The notes under the pieces: generated by a model
What the model was told of the DNA's origin: nothing
The model's database searches: none
The model's input: the letters and a program-made list of their open reading frames with translations, nothing else
Source: an uncultured virus (IMG/VR IMGVR_UViG_3300046663_000194)
Lineage: Duplodnaviria > Heunggongvirae > Uroviricota > Caudoviricetes
Direction: 5' to 3' (one strand)
IMG/VR virus record: IMGVR_UViG_3300046663_000194
Length of the DNA stretch: 20,000 nucleotides
Made by a program: the position numbers and the translations under genes
Shown here: positions 1-7,800 of the stretch, piece by piece
Layout of the letters: each line of letters starts with the position of its first letter
Position numbering within the stretch: the stretch's first letter is position 1

Positions 1-931
1 CGAAGATGCGCCCGTATCGCCTTGCTACCAAGAGAACGTCAGAGAATCCAGACTTGAAGAACAACAGCGAATTTGTCTGCGCACCCTCGACGTGCGGGCC
101 GTCACCACCAAGATGAAAACGCTTGAAGCCCATATCGCGCAATTCGCACGCCACTTTGAAATACATAAAATCATCTAACCCGTCGCCTCGGCTCTCATCG
201 TCACTACCAAGAAAATGAGCATAGGCCGTTTCACCTAAACCTATTGTTAGCAACGCACGATGCCAGCCGCCATCTGTCCAGACTTCCCAGAAGCGAGCAC
301 CAACCCCTTCTTTCTGATAGGCGTCCCAATATTCAAGCGAGTGCTTCCAGTAGGCGCTCGCCTCTAACCGCTCCATCGCTTTGTCATAAAGCACTTCAAG
401 CGACTTCGGCGTGCCCGCATGCAGGGTCGCTCGCGCTTCCTTCGCCGCCTTAATTCCGCGCCGCACGCGACGGCGCAAATGTTCGATGTCGAAATTAGTC
501 AGATCGACAACAACAACTTCCTTGGCTTCTAGATAGGTATTAACAGCGTGATTTAATAACTTGCCCTGCAAATCATCAAACAACGGATGCATGCAACAGA
601 ACTCCGACACGATATATTCACGTCGCGCCCAGGCCCATAGATTGTCTTGAAACGGTGCCGCCAATTCAGGGCTGGCCCCTATCGGCCCGCCGTACCCGTA
701 GAGACTTGTTAGCTCGAAATGATCTGCGCCGACCGGCATCATGAACATCGGCTGCATCACGAAGTCCGACCCTCGCGTGAACACTACGAGGATCGCATGA
801 CCCGGCCAGCGCGATTCATGGATGCGCGCATAGGCGGACGTGAAATGCACGTCCTGAAGCTCTATCGGAAGTCTATCGAAAAAACCGTCCCATTCGGCGC
901 GATCATCCGTAGCAGAGAGAATTATGAGCAT
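1..931 (-). CDS. FemAB/FemX-like GNAT-superfamily acyl/aminoacyl transferase (3' end beyond window)
   Basis: Hand translation from ATG at 931 is open to the window edge: MLIILSATDDRAEWDGFFDRLPIELQDVHFTSAY...ELTSLYGYGGP...IVSEFCCMHPLF...AYAHFLGS...GFKRFHLGGDG...NSLLFFKSGFS. The YGYGGP, IVSEF-x-x-x-HP, FHLGG and SL-x-x-FK-x-GF motifs are typical of FemAB-like GNAT proteins. Not in the ORF track. Confidence 0.8.
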   Translation of the reverse strand, partial: MLIILSATDDRAEWDGFFDRLPIELQDVHFTSAYARIHESRWPGHAILVVFTRGSDFVMQPMFMMPVGADHFELTSLYGYGGPIGASPELAAPFQDNLWAWARREYIVSEFCCMHPLFDDLQGKLLNHAVNTYLEAKEVVVVDLTNFDIEHLRRRVRRGIKAAKEARATLHAGTPKSLEVLYDKAMERLEASAYWKHSLEYWDAYQKEGVGARFWEVWTDGGWHRALLTIGLGETAYAHFLGSDDESRGDGLDDFMYFKVACELRDMGFKRFHLGGDGPHVEGAQTNSLLFFKSGFSDVLLVARRYGRIF

Positions 932-934
932 GAC

Positions 935-1513
935 TTAGTGCCGCGTAGATGGCGGTTTGAGCAGCAACGCTTCACCTGAGGTCGAGTTCACCTTTACTCG
1001 TGCGGCGGCCAAGTGCTGACGTTCTTCGTCCGTGAGCCGAGACATTATGTTGCCGGTTAGCGTTTGCGCCAGCCCTAACCCGGACAGATTCATCATGACG
1101 TAGGACGCTTCGGACGGCTTTCCTAAATCGAACGATACAACAACCTTGCCGCCTACCGGCATAACGCTTGCATTATCAGCAAGCTTGAATGCCTGAGTAT
1201 CTAATTCAGGCGCGCAGCCAACCCCCCACTCCATCGGGAAATGAAACAGCGAGCCGGATTTGTGGCCTATCTTCTCAGCGGCCTGCACAACCTCATAAAC
1301 AAGACCGAGCAACCACTTCGCTTTTTCTACAGGGAAGGTGATCGCGAACTTACGCGGCGGCGCGTCCTCTGTCCCGCCGCCAACCATGAACACCATCATG
1401 GCCGTAGTACCATCCGTCGATAAGCCCTGCGAAACAGATTCAAGCAAATGAACGTGGCTGCCGCCTTCGCCTGAAGCCAACTTCTCCATTACATCATCAG
1501 TGGTATCATTCAT
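935..1513 (-). CDS. Hypothetical protein (192 aa)
   Basis: Long ORF with SD GAGGAGG upstream of the ATG; its stop lies 3 nt before the GNAT start, suggesting co-transcription. Confidence 0.75.
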   Translation of the reverse strand: MNDTTDDVMEKLASGEGGSHVHLLESVSQGLSTDGTTAMMVFMVGGGTEDAPPRKFAITFPVEKAKWLLGLVYEVVQAAEKIGHKSGSLFHFPMEWGVGCAPELDTQAFKLADNASVMPVGGKVVVSFDLGKPSEASYVMMNLSGLGLAQTLTGNIMSRLTDEERQHLAAARVKVNSTSGEALLLKPPSTRH

Positions 1514-1571
1514 GGTTGCCTCCTCTGAGAGGCGTCACTGTATCACTCGAAATCGCTAGGGCAAGCCGCGT

Positions 1572-1600
1572 TTTACTTCATCGGTATAAAAATATATGAT
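1572..1600 (+). promoter_or_regulatory. Sigma70-type promoter TTTACT-N17-TATGAT
   Basis: -35 at 1572-1577, 17-nt spacer, -10 at 1595-1600, in the AT-rich divergent gap about 30 nt upstream of the ORF at 1632. Confidence 0.6.
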
Positions 1601-1631
1601 GGTTTAAGGTACAAACCAATAGGGGTCTGCA

Positions 1632-1904
1632 ATGTCAGCTTATGTTCCATGTCAACTGTCATTCCGCGCGCTCACAATCCTTGTCGAGCATATTGAAAAT
1701 AACTCGGATTGGCCCGTCATCGTCAACGACCAATCGCGCAATATCTGCACCACGGCTTTAATAAATCGCGGCTTTCTGCGCGTTAAAAACTCCCGCACTA
1801 CAACCATCACTCGCCAAGGCCATGAAACGTTCCTAAAGGCGGCTGCGCTATGGGCCGACTTCTACGAGCGGGCAGAACTCGCAGCGGCCGATTTAGCGGC
1901 GTAG
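1632..1904 (+). CDS. Small protein, possible winged-helix DNA-binding fold
   Basis: SD AGGGG; C-terminal ALINRGFLRV...TITRQGHETFL resembles the wing-helix pattern of wHTH proteins. Confidence 0.6.
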   Translation: MSAYVPCQLSFRALTILVEHIENNSDWPVIVNDQSRNICTTALINRGFLRVKNSRTTTITRQGHETFLKAAALWADFYERAELAAADLAA

Positions 1905-2009
1905 GGGAACGGCCGCGAATCTGCGGTTCAGGCCCCCGGCCTTAGAACCCCCGATTGAGGGGTGTCCTAACCCCCCGTCAGCGCATCATAATTTAGGCTA
2001 AAATTTTAC

Positions 2010-2037
2010 TTGCCCTGCCGCTGGCAGCGGTTATCCT
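2010..2037 (+). promoter_or_regulatory. Possible sigma70-type promoter TTGCCC-N16-TATCCT for the early leader/operon
   Basis: Preceded by an AT-rich tract (1989-2008); a predicted start near 2044 coincides with the beginning of the structured segment. Confidence 0.4.
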
Positions 2038-2044
2038 TCTTTCT

Positions 2045-2242
2045 GGGCCCCCGGTTCGGGGGGCCGGGGAGAGGCGGATCGAGAGCAGACGGCCCAAGGG
2101 CGACACTTCCGGGGTAAGCGGTTAAGGCCCACCCAATCCAGACGCGGGATTGCAAGTGAAGCCGAAGTCCACCCAAAGACGAAGGTAAAACCTTTGCACG
2201 TAGCGGCGACACAGGGCTGAAACAGTCCCGACCGACCTACCC
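2045..2242 (+). ncRNA. Candidate structured non-coding RNA / long 5' leader
   Basis: No credible + strand ORF. Stems: ggccccc/gggggcc (2046-2065), aatcc/ggatt (2135-2151), aaggt/acctt (2182-2194), and gggctg/cagtcc within gtag..cgg / ccg..ctac (2200-2240). Internal repeats ggcgacac x2 and ccacccaa x2. No known family recognised. Confidence 0.45.
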
Positions 2243-2261
2243 TAAAAACTTTTTACAATTT

Positions 2262-2300
2262 ATTGCGGCGGGGAGTTCTCGCCGCGTTAGGCAATTTGCC
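2262..2300 (+). repeat. Intergenic hairpin element A, copy 1 (divergent)
   Basis: attgc + stem gcggcgggg/tctcgccgc + ggcaatttgcc mini-hairpin, just upstream of the SD for the ORF at 2319. Confidence 0.5.
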
Positions 2301-2318
2301 AATCAATGGAGATTGAAA

Positions 2319-2531
2319 ATGTCGCAGGAATTGAAGTTTAACGGACGCGGACTAAAGACGACGGCGGGCGCTCGCGGGCGGCTGCATCTTATAGCGCACC
2401 TGCTAGATGAACGGTGCCGCGCTTTCGTAGCAGAGCAGAACGGAATGTTTTACCCGGTTGTGATGCTAAGTGAAGCCACGCAGCACTGCTTCGCAATCGC
2501 TAGCCTGGGCGTGACGGTCGTTCGAGTTTGA
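2319..2531 (+). CDS. Hypothetical phage protein (70 aa)
   Basis: SD GGAG 7 nt upstream of ATG 2319, preferred over TTG 2313. Confidence 0.7.
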   Translation: MSQELKFNGRGLKTTAGARGRLHLIAHLLDERCRAFVAEQNGMFYPVVMLSEATQHCFAIASLGVTVVRV

Positions 2532-2583
2532 TTGCAGTCTAGGTGCCGGGTTCGCTCCCGACACCTAAACGGCAATCACGCCG
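2529..2583 (+). repeat. Intergenic hairpin element A, copy 2
   Basis: tgattgcagtc-taggtgccggg-ttcgct-cccgacaccta-aa-cggcaatcacgccg; clearly alignable with 4370-4423. Confidence 0.75.
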
Positions 2584-2601
2584 ACAACGGGGCACGGCAT
2601 C

Positions 2602-3375
2602 ATGAGCAAGATCACCAAAAAACTCGCCGCCAAGGTTGACGCGGCAATTAAGAAGTACAACGAGAACGAGTTGATTACCACTCAGAAGCAGATCGACAAG
2701 ATTACCGCTGACGTTCGGCGGAATGGAATTCCCGACAGCCTCAACCGCTGGATCGGGATGACGCCCGCGCTACTCGTTGCCAATAAGGCGCAACGAACGC
2801 GCATCACTAACCAGCAAAAGAGGATGGACACTATGTCGAAAGTCGGAACGAAAGAAGCAGCGCTGCGCGAGCAACGCGGCTCCGTCACTACCCCGGCCAC
2901 TACAAACCTCACCGAGAAGGACAAGGTGGCTATCGTGGAAATTCAGGCACAAAAGGAAGCCAAGGTCGAAGCGAAGGCCAAGGCGAAGGCGGAGGAGAAA
3001 AAGGAGAACAAAAAAATCCGCGAAAAACAGAAGGCGGCGATCAAGGCGGGCGAGGTCGTTACCAAGCCCACAACGGTGACGGCAATCGCCAAGGTAACGC
3101 CAGAGCCGAAGACGGCGGCACCGAAGAAGACCAACGGCACCGCCAAGACAACCGAGCATAAGGGAGCGTTCACCGCCAAGGTGATCGATGATCTAATGCC
3201 GATGGTAAAGAAGGGAACCACGTTAGGCGCGCTGATTAGCGCCGCGCGTTGGGGTTCCTGCGGCAACCCGGTTCGCCGAGCAACGCGGTTTATTACGACC
3301 GTGGCGCAAGGTGACTTCGGCCTCAAGGTTAAGATCGAGGGCGACGGAGAAGAAGCGAAAGTGAAGGTTGCCTGA
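2602..3375 (+). CDS. Lys/Ala/Thr-rich protein with C-terminal DUF3489-like winged-helix domain
   Basis: Highly basic low-complexity middle (KAKAKAEEKKENKK, KTAAPKK). C-terminal KGTTLGALISAARW...RRATRFI...FGLKV resembles the GAT-x-x-E-I-x-x-A-x-x-W...R-x-F-I...GL pattern of DUF3489. An alternative start at 2833 is possible. Confidence 0.65.
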   Translation: MSKITKKLAAKVDAAIKKYNENELITTQKQIDKITADVRRNGIPDSLNRWIGMTPALLVANKAQRTRITNQQKRMDTMSKVGTKEAALREQRGSVTTPATTNLTEKDKVAIVEIQAQKEAKVEAKAKAKAEEKKENKKIREKQKAAIKAGEVVTKPTTVTAIAKVTPEPKTAAPKKTNGTAKTTEHKGAFTAKVIDDLMPMVKKGTTLGALISAARWGSCGNPVRRATRFITTVAQGDFGLKVKIEGDGEEAKVKVA

Positions 3376-3384
3376 TTACTTTTT

Positions 3385-3404
3385 GCCCCGCGCCAATGCG
3401 GGGC
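3385..3404 (+). repeat. Hairpin sharing the cccgcgccaatg core with element B
   Basis: gccccgcg-ccaa-tgcggggc; 3387-3398 is identical to 7188-7199. Confidence 0.55.
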
Positions 3405-3448
3405 GTTTGGAAATTTGAAACTGCAACACCAACCATGGAGACGGTACG

Positions 3449-4372
3449 ATGTTACAAGTTACCCGAAAGACAGACGCCGAGACGATACTTTCATCGAAGG
3501 CGATCATCGCGGCACCGACTATTAGCCATTGGACGGCCCGCAAGTTCGACCGCAAGATGACCAAAGACCTCCACGAGCAGAAGAAGATGTCTGCCGATGC
3601 AGGGCGATACAGGAAGTATCTAGTCGGTGAGAACGACCTAAACGAGATTGCCCAGATTGTCGGGCGGGCGCGGTCCTATCACCTGTCGGCAACGCTCGCG
3701 TGGCTGGATCAAGAGGGCCGCCGCTTGTTGCCATCGCAAAAGTACGTCGAATACTGCGAGCAAATGAACACGCTCAAGCAGGAACACGAAGCGGCGGTCA
3801 ACAGATTCGTTCCACGCTACCCGGCAATGATCGAGCAAGCTAAGGCGCGCCTCGTTGATGCATTCGATCCAGCCGACTATCCGAACCCGCAGTCGATCAG
3901 ATCGAAGTTCAAATTCGACCTGAAGTTTTACCCGGTCGAGACATCGGACTTTCGTTGCCAAATCTCATCTGACGACATCGAGACACTACGCGACCAAATG
4001 AAGGACGGCATGCGCGATGCGTTGGAGCAGACGCAACGCGAGGCCATGCAGCGGGCGGTCAAGGCGATGGAGCACATGGTCGAGCGGCTCCGCGCCTTCA
4101 GGCCCGCAGAAAAGAAGAAAGGCATGAAGGGGGGCCAGAAGGTCGAAGGCAAATTCCACGACACGCTCGTGGAGAACGTTCGCGACCTGATCCCGGTCCT
4201 CCGGTCGTTCAACTTCGCCAACGACAAGGCTTTCGATCAAATCTGTGACGACATGCAGAAAGACCTTTGCCGTTACGACGCCGACGAATTGCGGGACGAC
4301 CAAGACACCCGTAAGCAAGTAGCCGATTCCGCCGAGAAGATATTGGCGGACGTTTCACAGTTCATGGCCTGA
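3449..4372 (+). CDS. DUF3150-like phage protein
   Basis: Motifs ISHWTARKFD, AGRYRKYL, TLAWLDQEGRRLLP, FDPADYP, KFKF...P...DFR match the DUF3150-like family commonly found beside MoxR AAA and VWA genes; SD GGAG. Confidence 0.75.
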   Translation: MLQVTRKTDAETILSSKAIIAAPTISHWTARKFDRKMTKDLHEQKKMSADAGRYRKYLVGENDLNEIAQIVGRARSYHLSATLAWLDQEGRRLLPSQKYVEYCEQMNTLKQEHEAAVNRFVPRYPAMIEQAKARLVDAFDPADYPNPQSIRSKFKFDLKFYPVETSDFRCQISSDDIETLRDQMKDGMRDALEQTQREAMQRAVKAMEHMVERLRAFRPAEKKKGMKGGQKVEGKFHDTLVENVRDLIPVLRSFNFANDKAFDQICDDMQKDLCRYDADELRDDQDTRKQVADSAEKILADVSQFMA

Positions 4373-4423
4373 TCGCAGCTTGGGTGCCTCGTTCGCGGGG
4401 CACCCTATCGGCAATCCTGCCGA
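4370..4423 (+). repeat. Intergenic hairpin element A, copy 3
   Basis: tgatcgcagctt-gggtgcctcg-ttcg-cggggcaccc-ta-tcggcaatcctgccga; stem changes are compensatory relative to copy 2. Confidence 0.75.
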
Positions 4424-4439
4424 ACTAGGGGACTACAAA

Positions 4440-5501
4440 ATGTCACAAGACATCAACCTTGAAATCGAGAATCCAGTTACCTCGCGGGAACTGGTTGACC
4501 TAATTCAACTACATTGGAACGCTAAGCCGAAGCCGCAGCCCGTCATGATTTGGGGCGATAGCGGCATCGGCAAGTCGGACCTCGCACACCAACTCGCGGC
4601 GGCGACCAAGCGCAGGCCCGTCATGTTCATGCTCAACGTTCGCGAGCCTGTGGACATGCGCGGCGTCCCGATGGTCGATCCGAAGACCAAGACGACGCTG
4701 TGGTGCGCGCCGTCCGAACTGCCCAAGGCAGACGGCAGCGACGGCGACACGCTTCTGATCCTCGACGAAATCAATACCGGCGGACTTCAGATGCTGGCAG
4801 TGGCGATGCAGCTTGTTCTCGCGGGCGAGATTGGCGATTACAGACTGCCAAGCAACTGCCGCATCCTCGCGATGGGCAATCGAACGAAAGACAGCCGAGC
4901 GGTTGTCCAGATGCCGAAGCCACTCCGCAACCGCTTCGCGCATTACACCATGATAATCGACCACGACAGTTTGGTCGCGCATCTAAAGACGGTCGGTTGC
5001 CGCGACGAAATCGTAGCGTTCATCCGCTTCCGACCAGAGTGCGTTACCCGCCAGCCGAAGGGCGATGCAAACGCCTACGGCTCGCCTCGCTCCGTTCACC
5101 GTTGCGAGTCCTATGTAGACGCCAAGCCGCATCTGCGGTTGAAAGCGTTTACCGCACTCATCGGCAAGGATGACGGCACCGAGTTGGAAGCCTTCGTCGC
5201 CATGTATCAGAGCCTGACTTGCATCGCGGACGTACTACAGAACCCGACCACTGCAAGGCTTCCTTCGCAGCGTTCGGAAATGTACGCGGTCGCAACGGCG
5301 CTCGGCAGACTGGCAGACAAGAAAAACTTTGCAAACATCATCACGTATGCAAAGCGCCTCGGCCAGCTTCATCGGGATATGGAAGTCGTCACCGTTACCG
5401 ACGCAACCGACCGCGACGGCAAGCTCTGTGAGTGCGCCGCCTATACGCAATGGGCGCTCGCCAATCAGGACGTGACGTTGCGGCATTTCGAAATCGCTTA
5501 A
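4440..5501 (+). CDS. MoxR-related AAA+ ATPase
   Basis: Walker A GDSGIGKS, D-M-R-G-V-P motif, Walker B LILDE, sensor I MGN, arginine finger PLRNRF, SPRS motif. Start moved to ATG 4440 (SD AGGGG). Confidence 0.9.
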   Translation: MSQDINLEIENPVTSRELVDLIQLHWNAKPKPQPVMIWGDSGIGKSDLAHQLAAATKRRPVMFMLNVREPVDMRGVPMVDPKTKTTLWCAPSELPKADGSDGDTLLILDEINTGGLQMLAVAMQLVLAGEIGDYRLPSNCRILAMGNRTKDSRAVVQMPKPLRNRFAHYTMIIDHDSLVAHLKTVGCRDEIVAFIRFRPECVTRQPKGDANAYGSPRSVHRCESYVDAKPHLRLKAFTALIGKDDGTELEAFVAMYQSLTCIADVLQNPTTARLPSQRSEMYAVATALGRLADKKNFANIITYAKRLGQLHRDMEVVTVTDATDRDGKLCECAAYTQWALANQDVTLRHFEIA

Positions 5502-5526
5502 CTTAACTCAAACAATGGAGACATCG

Positions 5527-6885
5527 ATGAAGATGATGACCCGGCAGGAAATGGAGCGGGCGGCAGCGGCGATTGTCCGCAAGGCCCGCTTCGAAATCCT
5601 CGCCAAGCATAAGTTCTACGCGGTGCTGCTGTCGCAGACGACAGACGTTGCCCGGTGGGATATTCCCACGATGGCAACCGATAGCGTCACCCATTTCTAC
5701 AATCCGCAGTTTGTTCTCGATCAGAGTTTTAGAAAAATCGTAGGGACAAACATTCACGAAGCAGAACATGATGCTCGCCATCATTCGACACGGCGCAAGG
5801 GTCGCGACCCATTGCTGTGGAACTACTCATGTGACTACTCGATCAACCCCGACATCATTGATGAGGGCTACGAACTGCCGGATGGCATTCTTCTTCGCGA
5901 TGACCTGCGCGGTCTAGGCGCTGAGGAAATTCACCGCATTCTTCGCAGCGAACAAGACCAGAAGCGGCAAGAGGAGCAGAAGGATGAAGGCCAGGAAGAC
6001 AAGGACGGTGACGAGCAACAAGAAGGCAGTTCGCAAGGCGATGAGCAAGGCGACCAGTCCGAAGGCCAAGGCCAGAGCGAAGAAGGAACAGGCTCTGATG
6101 CAGAAGCTGATGCGGGAACTGGCGATGGCGCTACCGAGGCCGAGGGCGCAGGCGCTGGCGGTGATATTCCCTCATCGTGTGGAGCCGGTAGGTGCGGCGA
6201 AGTTCTCGACGCGCCTGGAGATGAGGCGGAGCAGGCGGACCTCGACGCGCGTTGGGAAGTGACAACGCGCCAAGCGGTCAGCATGGCGAAGAAGGCCGGG
6301 ACGCTTCCCGGTCATTGGGCGGCGGAAATCGAACGCCGCCACACGCCGACGCAAAACTGGAAAGAGGTTTTGCGCGAATACATCGACTCGTTTGCTGATC
6401 GAGTGCAAACGTGGAACCGAGTAAACCGCCGCTTTGTATCTTCGGGAATCACGCTCCCAAGCTATCAGCGCGACGGCGTGAACAAGGTTTGCTTCATCAT
6501 CGACGCTTCCGGCTCGATGGGCGGTCAGCACGTCAAGATCGCAAACGAGCTACAGGCGGCGCTCGATGATGGGTCGATCACCGATGCGGTCTTTATTTAC
6601 TGTGACACAGAGGTCTATCACACCGACCGTTTCACAGGCGGCGACCGCATAACACTGGCACCGATCCGCTTGGGCGGCACCGACATGAAGCCAGCCTTTG
6701 CACAGATCGAACAGGACGATGGCGATGCTTCGCTTATCATCTGCTTGACCGATCTTTACATCGGCGACCCAGGACCGGAGCCGCAGCAACAAGTGCTGTG
6801 GATGGCCTACGGCGATCCGCGATCAATTGAGCATGAAGGCTCCCTGCTTCCTTGGGGCCGAGTGCTGGACGTGGACACCGAATAG
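5527..6885 (+). CDS. DUF2201-type putative metallopeptidase + VWA domain protein
   Basis: TMATD, HExxH (HEAEH), WNYSCDYSIN, acidic Gly/Gln/Glu linker, then MIDAS motif DASGSM, GGTD, LTD. SD GGAG favours ATG 5527. Confidence 0.9.
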   Translation: MKMMTRQEMERAAAAIVRKARFEILAKHKFYAVLLSQTTDVARWDIPTMATDSVTHFYNPQFVLDQSFRKIVGTNIHEAEHDARHHSTRRKGRDPLLWNYSCDYSINPDIIDEGYELPDGILLRDDLRGLGAEEIHRILRSEQDQKRQEEQKDEGQEDKDGDEQQEGSSQGDEQGDQSEGQGQSEEGTGSDAEADAGTGDGATEAEGAGAGGDIPSSCGAGRCGEVLDAPGDEAEQADLDARWEVTTRQAVSMAKKAGTLPGHWAAEIERRHTPTQNWKEVLREYIDSFADRVQTWNRVNRRFVSSGITLPSYQRDGVNKVCFIIDASGSMGGQHVKIANELQAALDDGSITDAVFIYCDTEVYHTDRFTGGDRITLAPIRLGGTDMKPAFAQIEQDDGDASLIICLTDLYIGDPGPEPQQQVLWMAYGDPRSIEHEGSLLPWGRVLDVDTE

Positions 6886-6910
6886 GAGGGCGAAAGCCCT
6901 CCACTTTCTT
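6885..6910 (+). terminator. GC hairpin with GAAA loop and weak U-tract (weak terminator or processing hairpin)
   Basis: ggagggc-gaaa-gccctcc followed by actttctt, directly after the VWA gene stop. Confidence 0.55.
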
Positions 6911-6950
6911 AACCCGCGCCGATGACGCTAACCAACGGAGAATGACGATG
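6910..6950 (+). repeat. Start-associated element B, copy 1
   Basis: taacccgcgccgatgacgctaaccaacggagaatgacgATG. Confidence 0.8.
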
Positions 6951-7187
6951 CCACGCGAAACATTAGATACATTGATAAGCCGCGATCCATTCGCGCGCAC
7001 GGAATTACATCGGTTCAACTCGCGCCACCTTGGACAAGGACTGACCTGTGATTGGTGTGGCTCAAAGGGCCGACAGCTAAAATTCGATTGGCTGCTGTAC
7101 CGCTACACCACAGAAACGGATGGTGGTTCGATGGTTCATGATGGCGTATTCTGCTGCAAATCTTGTCACGATAGTTATCACAGCTAA
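6948..7187 (+). CDS. Small Cys-rich (zinc-finger-like) protein, 79 aa
   Basis: CDWC ... FCCKSCH; the likely start is ATG 6948 (or 6942) after SD GGAG, not 6852. Confidence 0.75.
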   Translation: MPRETLDTLISRDPFARTELHRFNSRHLGQGLTCDWCGSKGRQLKFDWLLYRYTTETDGGSMVHDGVFCCKSCHDSYHS

Positions 7188-7225
7188 CCCGCGCCAATGG
7201 CGCTAACTGATGGGGAATGACGATG
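7185..7225 (+). repeat. Start-associated element B, copy 2
   Basis: taacccgcgccaatggcgctaactgatggggaatgacgATG. Confidence 0.8.
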
Positions 7226-7390
7226 GTTCGCCAAGATGAAAACTTTCTTCAATGGTTGGCGACCGTGGAGAAAGAGATAACCGCCTCCAAACGACGCATC
7301 GTGTCATTGCGGTATTGGCGGGTTTCCTTCGATAAGGGCCGCACACCTTATGAGGCCGCACGGCATTATTTTCCAACAACGGAGAAGTGA
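7223..7390 (+). CDS. Small hypothetical protein, 55 aa (not in ORF track)
   Basis: MVRQDENFLQWLATVEKEITASKRRIVSLRYWRVSFDKGRTPYEAARHYFPTTEK; fills the gap between two element-B copies; SD GGGG. Confidence 0.75.
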   Translation: MVRQDENFLQWLATVEKEITASKRRIVSLRYWRVSFDKGRTPYEAARHYFPTTEK

Positions 7391-7392
7391 CG

Positions 7393-7431
7393 TAACCCGC
7401 GCTACTGGCGCTAACTGAGGAGACGACAATG
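7393..7431 (+). repeat. Start-associated element B, copy 3
   Basis: taacccgcgctactggcgctaactgaggagacgacaATG. Confidence 0.8.
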
Positions 7432-7800
7432 AAGTGCAGAGTTATAGAGCTTGTGGCCGATGTGACAAACCCGGCCGCAGATCGCCGATCTAGGGACTGG
7501 AACAAGACTCCACTGCTCAAGAAGGGGCAGCGGTTCACGGTGCACGAGGGTAAGGATTTTGAGTTTCTCTACTCTTGCGACCATAGATACTCACACGAAA
7601 TCGCGCATAGCGATTTGGGCAAGGCCATTCTTGCTAACTCTGTCACGGCAGAGGCGGCGACTGTGACCGAGCTTGCCCGCGTACACGATTGCGATTTTAG
7701 CGGCGACGAAATCTTACGGATACTCGTCAAGCTTGGTCGCGTCGATGATACGGACTTCGCCGCAGTTGGCGAGGCCCTTGCTGCCGACGAAAGCCTTTAA
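7429..7800 (+). CDS. Hypothetical phage protein (123 aa)
   Basis: Strong SD GAGGAG within element B. Confidence 0.8.
   Translation: MKCRVIELVADVTNPAADRRSRDWNKTPLLKKGQRFTVHEGKDFEFLYSCDHRYSHEIAHSDLGKAILANSVTAEAATVTELARVHDCDFSGDEILRILVKLGRVDDTDFAAVGEALAADESL

Noticed and set aside
244..979. + strand ORFs 244-453 and 719-979
   Set aside because: Antisense shadows of the minus-strand FemAB-like gene, which has recognisable motifs.
2006..2212. 68-aa minus-strand ORF across the structured leader
   Set aside because: GTG start without a clear SD, Pro/Gly-rich sequence reflecting GC hairpins, and opposite to the local gene orientation.
2045..2242. Assignment of the leader to a known class (tRNA, hammerhead, pistol, twister, c-di-GMP riboswitch)
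   Set aside because: No cloverleaf or T-loop, and I could not find the conserved cores (e.g. CUGAUGA..GAAA) in the required arrangement.
2682..6792. Numerous minus-strand and alternative-frame ORFs over the early operon
   Set aside because: They overlap well-supported + strand genes and are expected shadow frames in GC-rich coding DNA.
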